A DNA stretch of 64,000 nucleotides, taken from NCBI GenBank assembly GCA_964016885.1, contig OZ024762.1, positions 7,750,001-7,814,000 on the forward strand, read 5' to 3'. The notes under the pieces were generated by a model. That model was not told the DNA's origin. It ran no database searches and saw nothing but the letters and a program-made list of their open reading frames with translations. A program made the translations under genes and the position numbers. The stretch comes from Eledone cirrhosa. Its lineage: Eukaryota. Position 1 is the stretch's first letter. The number at the start of each line of letters is the position of its first letter. This document shows positions 55,401 to 64,000 of this stretch, in pieces.

Positions 55401-58400
55401 CCACTGTGTTGCCATCTACCACCACAGAACAACCAACAACCACTGTGTTACCATCTACTATCACAGAACAACCAACAACCACTGTGTTACCATCTACTAC
55501 CACAGATCAAACAATCACTGACTTACAATCTACCACCACTGAACTACCATCTACCACCACAGATCAAACAACCACTGAGCTACCATTTATCACCACTGAA
55601 CTACCATCTACCACCAGAGATCAAACAACCACTGACTTACAATCTACCACCACTGAACTACCATCTACCACAACAGATCAAACAACCACTGACTTACAAT
55701 CTACCACCACTGACCTACCATCTACCACCACAGAACAAACAACCACTGACTTACAATATACCACCACTGAACTACCATCTACCACCACAGATCAAACAAC
55801 CACTGACTTACAATCTACCACCACTGACCTACCATCTACCACCACAGATCAAACAACCACCGACTTACAATATACCACCACTGAACTACCATCTACCACC
55901 ACAGATCAAACAACCACTGACTTACAATCTACCACCACTAAACTACCATCTACCACCACTGAACTACCATCTACCACCGCAGATCAAACAACCACTGACT
56001 TACAATCTACCACCACTGAACTACCATCTACCACCACAGATCAAACAACCACTGACTTACAATCTACCAGCACTGAACTACCATCTACCACCACAGATCA
56101 AACAACCACTGACTTACAATCTACCACCACAGATCAAACAACCACTGACTTACAATCTACCACCACCGAACTACCATCTACCACCACAGATCAAACAACC
56201 ACTGACTTACAATCTACTACCACTGACCTACCATCTACCACCACAGATCAAACAACCACTGACATACAATCTACCACCACTGACCTACCATCTACCACCA
56301 CAGATCAAACAACCACCAACTTACAATATACCACAACTGACCTACCATCTACCACCACAGATCAAACAACCACTGACTTACCATCTACCACCACTGAACT
56401 ACCATCTACTACCACAGAACATCCAACAACCCCTGGGTTAGCATCTTCCACCACAGAACAACCAACAACCACTGTGTTGCCATCTACCACCACAGAAAAA
56501 CCAACAACCACTGTGTTAACATCTACCACCACAGAACAACCAACAACCACTGTGTTGCCATCTACCACCACAGAACAACCAACAACCACTGTGTTAACAT
56601 CTACCACCACAGAACAACCAACAACCACTGTGTTACCATCTACTACCACAGATCAAACAATCACTGACTTACAATCCACCACCACTGAACTACCATCTAC
56701 CACCACAGATCAAACAACCACTGAGCTACCATTTATCACCACTGAACTACCATCTACCACCAGAGATCAAACAACCACTGACATACAATCTACCACCACT
56801 GAACTACCATCTATCACCACAGATCAAACAACCACTGACTTACAATCTGCCACCTCTGACCTACCATCTACCACCACAGATCAAACAACCACTGACTTAC
56901 AATCTACCAGCACTGAACTACCATCTACCACCACAGATCAAACAACCACTGACTTACAATCTACCACCACTGAACTACCATCTACCACCACAGATCAAAC
57001 AACCACTGACTTACAATCTACCACCACTGAACTACCATCTACCACCACAGATCAAACAACCACTGACTTACAATCAACCACCACTGAACTACCATCTACC
57101 ACCACAGATCAAACAACCACTGACTTACAATCTACCACCACTGACCTACCATCTACCACCACAGATCAAACAACCACTGACTCACAATCTACCACCACTG
57201 AACTACCATCTACCACAACAGATCAAACAACCACTGAGCTACCATTTATTACCACTGACATACCATCTACCACCACAGATCAAACAACCACTGACTTACA
57301 ATCTACCACAACTGAACTACCATCTACCACCACAGATCAAACAACCACTGACTTACAATCTACCACCACTGAACTACCATCTACCACCACAGATCAAACA
57401 ACCACTGACTTACAATCTACCACCTCTGAACTACCATCTACCACCACAGATCAAACAACCACTGACTTACAATCTACCACCTCTGAACTACCATCTACCA
57501 CCACAGATCAAACAACCACTGACCTACAATCTACCACCACTGATCTACCATCTACCACCACAGATCAAACAACCACTGACTTACAATCTACCACCACAGA
57601 ACTACCATCTACCACCGCAGATCAAACAACCACTGACTTACAATCAACCACCACTGAACTACCATCTACCACCACAGATCAAACAACCACTGACTTACAA
57701 TCTACCACCACTGACCTACCATCTACCACCACAGATAAAACAACCACTGACTTACAATCTACCACCACTGAACTACCATCTACCACAACAGATCAAACAA
57801 CCACTGCGCTACCATTTATTACCACTGACATACCATCTACCACCACAGATCAAACAACCACTGACTTACAATCTACCACAACTGAACTACCATCTAGCAC
57901 CACAGATCAAACAACCACAGACTTACAATCTACCACCACTGATCTACCATCTACCACCACAGATCAAACAACCACTGACTTACAATCTACCACCACTGAC
58001 CTACCATCTACCACCACAGATCAAACAACCACCGACTTACAATCTACCACCACTGACCTACCATCTACCACCACAGATCAAACAACCACTGACTTACAAT
58101 CTACCACCACTGAACTACCATCTACCACCACTGACATACCATCTACCACCACAGATCAAACAACCACTGACTTACAATCTACCACAACTGAACTACCATC
58201 TAGCACGACAGATCAAACAACCACTGACTTACAATCTACCACCACTGAACTACCATCTACTACCGCAGATCAAACAACCACTGACTTACAATCTACCACC
58301 AATGACCGACCATCTACCACCACAGATCAAACAACCACTGACTTACAATCTACCACCACTGAACTACCATCTACCACCACAGATCAAACAACCACTGACT

Positions 58401-61400
58401 TACAATCTACCACAACTGAACTACCATCTACCACCACAGATCAAACAACCACTGACTTACAATCTACCACCACTGAACTACCATCTACCACCACAGATCA
58501 AACAACCACTGACTTACAATCTACCACCACTGACCTACCATCTACCACCACAGATCAAACAACCACCGACTTACAATCTACCACCACTGACCTACCATCT
58601 ACCACCACAGATCAAACAACCACTGACTTACAATCTACCACCACTGAACTACCATCTACCACCACTGAACTACCATCTACCACCACAGATCAAACAACCA
58701 CTGACTTACAATCTACCACCACTGAACTACCATCTACCACCACAGATCAAACAACCACTGACTTACAACCTACCACCACAGATCAAACAACCACTGACTT
58801 ACAATCTACCACCACTGAACTACCATCTACCACCACTGAATTACCATCTACCACCACAGATGAAACAACCACTGACTTACAATCAACCACCACTGAACTA
58901 CCATCTACCACCACAGATCAAACAACCACTGACTTACAATCTACCACCACTGACCTACCATCTACCACCACAGATCAAACAACCACTGACTTACAATCTA
59001 CCACCACAGATCAAACAACCACTGACTTACCATTAACCCCCACTGAACAACCATCTACCACCACAGATCAAACACCCACTCACTTACAATCTACCACCTC
59101 AGATCAAACAACCACTGACTTACAATCTACCACCACTGAACTACCATCTACCACCACTGAACTACCATCTACCACCACAGATCAAACAACCACTGACTTA
59201 CAATCTACCACCACAGATCAAACAACCACTGACTTACAATCTACCACCACAGTTCAAACAACCACTGACTTACAATCTACCACCACTGAACTACCATCTA
59301 CCACCACAGATCAAACAACCACTGACTTACAATCTACCACCACTGACCTACCATCTACCACCACAGATCAAACAACCACTGACTTACAATCTACCACCAC
59401 AGATCAAACAACCACTGACTTACCATTAACCACCACTGAACTACCATCTACCACCACAGATCAAACACCCACTCACTTACAATCTACCACCACAGATCAA
59501 ACAACCACTGACTTACAATTTACCACCACCGAACTACCATCTACCACCACAGATCAAACAACCACCGACTTACAATCTACCACCACTGAACTACCATCTA
59601 CCACCACTGAACTACCATCTACCACCACAGATCAAACAACCAGTGACTTACAATCTACCACCACTGAACTACCATCTACCACCACAGATCAAACAACCAC
59701 CGACTTACAATATACCACCACTGACCTACCATCTACCACCACAGATCAAACAACCACCGACTTACAATCTACCACCACTGAACTACCATCTACCACCACT
59801 GAACTACCATCTACCACCACAGATCAAACAACCACTGACTTACAATCTACCACCACTGAACTACCATCTACCACCACAGATCAAACAACCACTGACTTAC
59901 AATCTACCACCACTGAACTACCATCTACCACCACAGATCAAACAACCACTGACTTACAATCTACCACCACTGAACTACCATCTACCACCACAGATCAAAC
60001 AACCACTGACTTACAATCTACTACCACTGAACTACCATCTACCACCACAGATCAAATAACCACTGACTTACAATCTACCACCACTGACTTACAATCTACC
60101 ACCTCTGAACTACCATCTACCACCACAGATCAAACAACCACTGACTTACAATCTACCACCACTGAACTACCATCTACCACCACAGATAAAACAACCACTG
60201 ACTTACAATCTACCACCACTGACCTACCATCTACCACCACAGATCAAACAACCACTGACTTACAATCTACCACCACTGAACTACCATCTACCACCACAGA
60301 TCAAACAACCACTGACTTACAATCTACCACCACTGAACTACCATCTACCACCACAGATCAAACAACCACTGACTTACAATCTACCACCACAGATCAAACA
60401 ACCACTGACTTACAATTTACCGCCACTGAACTACCATCTACCACCACTGAACTACCATCTACCACCACAGATCAAACAACCACTGACTTACAATCTACCA
60501 CCACTGAACTACCATCTACCACCACAGATCAAACAACCACTGACTTACCATCTACCACCACTGAACTACCATCTACCACCACAGATCAAACAACCACTGA
60601 CTTACAATCTACCACCACTGACCTACCATCTACCACCACAGATCAAACAACCACTGACTTACAATCTACCACCACAGATCAAACAACCACTGACTTACAA
60701 TCTACCACCACTGAGCTACCATCTACCACCACAGATCAAACAACCACTCACTTACAATCTACCACCACAGATCAAACAACCACTGACTTACAATCTACCA
60801 CCACCGAACTACCATCTACCACCACAGATCAAACAACCACCGACTTACAATCTACCACCACTGAACTACCATCTACCACCACTGAACTACCATCTACCAC
60901 CACAGATCAAACAACCACTAACTTACAATTTACCACCACTGAACTACCATCTACCACCACAGATCAAACAACCACCGACTTACAATATACCACCATTGAC
61001 CTACCATCTACCACCACAGATCAAACAACCACCGACTTACAATCTACCACCACTGAACTACCATCTACCACCACTGAACTACCATCTACCACCACAGATC
61101 AAAGAACCACTGACTTACAATCTACCACTACTGAACTACCATCTACCACCACAGATCAAACAACCACTGACTTACAATCTACCACCACTGAACTACCATC
61201 TACCACCACAGATCAAACAACCACTGACTTACAATCTACCACCACTGAACTACCATCTACCACCACAGATCAAACAACCACTGACTTACAATCTACTACC
61301 ACTGAACTACCATCTACCACCACAGATCAAACAACCACTGACTTACAATCTACCACCACTGAACTACCATCTACCACCACAGATCAAACAACCAATGACT

Positions 61401-64000
61401 TACAATCTACCACCTCTGAACTACCATCTACCACCACAGATCAAACAACCACTGACTTACAATCTACCACCACTGACTTACAATCTACCACCTCTGAACT
61501 ACCATCTACCACCACAGATCAAACAACCACTGACTTACAATCTACCACCACTGAACTACCATCTACCACCACAGATCAAACAACCACTGACTTACAATCA
61601 ACCACCACTGAACTACCATCTACCACCACAGATCAAACAACCACTGACTTACAATCTACCACCACTGACCTACCATCTACCACCACAGATCAAACAACCA
61701 CTGACTTACAATCTACCACCACTGAACTACCATCTACCACAACAGATCAAACAACCACTGAGCTACCATTTATTACCACTGACATACCATCTACCACCAC
61801 AGATCAAACAACCACTGACTTACAATCTACCACCACTGAACTACCATCTACCACCACAGATCAAACAACCACTGACTTACAATATACCACCACTGAACTA
61901 CCATCTACCACCACAGATCAAACAACCACTGACTTACAATCTACTACCACTGAACTACCATCTACCACCACAGATCAAACAACCACTCACTTACAATCTA
62001 CCACCACCGAACTTCCATCTACCACCACAGATCAAACAACCACTGACTTACAATCTACCACCACTGACCTACCATCTACCACCACAGATCAAACAACCAC
62101 CGACTTACAATCTACCACCACTGACCTACCATCTACCACCACTGACCTACCATCTACCACCACAGATCAAACAACCACTGACTTACAATCTACCACCACT
62201 GAACTACCATCTACCACCACTGAACTACCATCTACCACCACAGATCAAACAACCACTGACTTACAATCTACCACCACTGAACTACCATCTACCACCACAG
62301 ATCAAACAACCACTGACTTACAATCTACCAGCACAGAACTACCATCTACCACCACAGATCAAACAACCACTGACTTACAATCTACCACCCCTGAACTACC
62401 ATCTACCACCACAGATCAAACAAACACTGACTTACAATCTACCACCACAGATCAAACAACCACTGACTTACAATCTACCACCACCGAACTACCATCTACC
62501 ACCACAGATCAAACAACCACTGACCTACCATCTACCACCACAGATCAAACAACCACTGACTTACAATCTACCACCACTGAACTACCATCTACCACAACAG
62601 ATCAAACAACCACTGACTTACAATCTACCACCACTGACCTGCCATCTACCACCACAGATCAAACAACCACTGACTTACAATCTACCACCACTGAACTACC
62701 ATCTACCACCACAGATCAAACAACCACTGACTTACCATCTACCACCTCTGAACTACCATCTACCACCACAGATCAAACAACCACTGACTTACAATCTACC
62801 ACCACTGACCTACCATCTACCACCACAGATCAAACAACCACTGATTTACAATCTACCACCACTGAACTACCATCTACCACCACAGATCAAACAACCACTG
62901 ACTTACAATCTACCACCACTGACCTACCATCTACCACCACAGATCAAACAACCACTGACTTACAATCTACCACCACTGAACTACCATCTACCACCACAGA
63001 TCAAACAACCACTGACTTACCATCTACCACCTCTGAACTACCATCTACCACCACAGATCAAACAACCACTGACTTACCATCTACCACCACTGACCTACTA
63101 TCTACCACCACAGATCAAACAACCACTGACTTACAATCTACCACCACTGAACTACCATCTACCACCACAGATCAAACAACCACTGACTTACAATCTACCA
63201 CCTCTGAACTACCATCTACCACCACAGATCAAACAACCACTGACTTACAATCTACTACCACTGAACTACCATCTACCACCACAGATCAAACAACCACTGA
63301 CTTACAATCTACCACCTCTGAACTACCATCTACCACCACAGATCAAACAACCACTGACTTACAATCTACCACCACTGAACCACCATCTACCACCACAGAT
63401 CAAACAACCACTGACTTACAATCTACCACCACTGAACTACCATCTACCACCACAGATCAAACAACCACTGACTTACAATCTACCACCACAGATCAAACAA
63501 CCACTGACTTACAATCTACCACCACCGAACTACCATCTACCACCACAGATCAAACAACCACTGACTTACAATCTACTACCACTGACCTACCATCTACCAC
63601 CACAGATCATACAACCACTGACTTACAATCTACCACCGCTGAACTACCATCTACCACCACAGATCAAACAACCACTGACTTACAATCTACCACCACTGAC
63701 CTACCATCTACCACCACAGATCAAACAACCACTGACTTACAATCTACCACCACTGAACTACCATCTACCACCACAGATCAAACAACCACTGACTTACCAT
63801 CTACCACCACTGAACTACCATCTACCACCACAGATCAAACAACCACTGACTTACAATCTACCACCACTGACCTACCATCTACCACCACAGATCAAACAAC
63901 CACTGACTTACAATCTACCACCACTGAACTACCATCTACCACCACAGATCAATCAACCACTGACTTACAATCTACCCCCACTGACCTACCATCTACCACC
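46401..64000 (+). CDS. Exon E: giant PTS (mucin) tandem-repeat exon, runs off the window end
   Basis: atttccacag|CT completes Pro, then TNTMERTTRDKTRIETTSDLPSTTTE followed by repeats. The codon frame starting at 46403 is still the repeat frame at 63962 (difference 17559 = 3 x 5853). I saw no in-frame stop. The ORF track gives no closed + ORF from ATG 46412, consistent with the frame running off the end. Confidence 0.9.
46461..55503 (+). repeat. 39-bp / 13-aa coding minisatellite (EQPTTTVLPSTTT)n with higher-order structure
   Basis: Unit acagaacaaccaacaaccactgtgttaccatctaccacc, with variants EK/KQ/QQ/EP and VF/AL/GL. Confidence 0.95.
55504..64000 (+). repeat. 57-bp / 19-aa coding minisatellite (TDQTTTDLQSTTTELPSTT)n built from 36-bp and 21-bp subunits
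   Basis: Unit acagatcaaacaaccactgacttacaatctaccaccactgaactaccatctaccacc. Either subunit is sometimes duplicated alone. A short block of the 39-bp type is inserted at about 56400-56650. Confidence 0.95.

Noticed and set aside
46375-55503. Minus-strand 1819-aa and 1212-aa poly-Val/Cys ORFs
   Set aside because: They are the antisense shadow of the Thr-rich + strand exon, which has a splice acceptor in phase with the upstream SEA exons. The antisense frame is broken near 51860 and in the second repeat block.
58302-60059. + strand ORFs of type YHLPPQIKQPLTYNL (also the short MCYHL ORFs at 46494, 48564, 50364 and 52164)
   Set aside because: Alternative frames of the mucin repeat, with scattered stops.

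Overview
Eukaryotic, AT-rich genomic DNA dense in microsatellites, SINEs and LINE fragments. The repeat landscape looks cephalopod (octopus-like), which is an inference. Most entries in the ORF track are (TA)n/(TC)n/(AAC)n artefacts. Two main signals stand out. (1) A spliced + strand gene that the ORF track misses, with exons at 35538-35823, 36939-37048, 39467-39537, 42864-43021 and 46401->64000. All introns are GT..AG with compatible phases (1, 0, 2, 1). It encodes a type II signal-anchor, then a SEA domain with a GSLIV cleavage-type motif, then a single exon of at least 17.6 kb (at least 5,866 codons) of Thr/Ser/Pro mucin repeats. This is a giant membrane mucin in inverted topology, or the stalk of a type II membrane protein whose C-terminus lies beyond the window. 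(2) About 20 minimal type I hammerhead ribozyme (HHR) motifs from several families. These include a 466-bp tandem array with one HHR per monomer and a terminal inverted copy (retrozyme- or Penelope-like), HHR-bearing pLTR-like repeats beside two GIY-YIG fragments, and sense-strand HHRs inside the mucin gene introns. Also present are truncated CR1, RTE, Tx1 and R4/Dong-like LINEs, two tRNA-derived SINE families, several minisatellites and long palindromes. All calls were made by eye; no database searches or folding programs were run.
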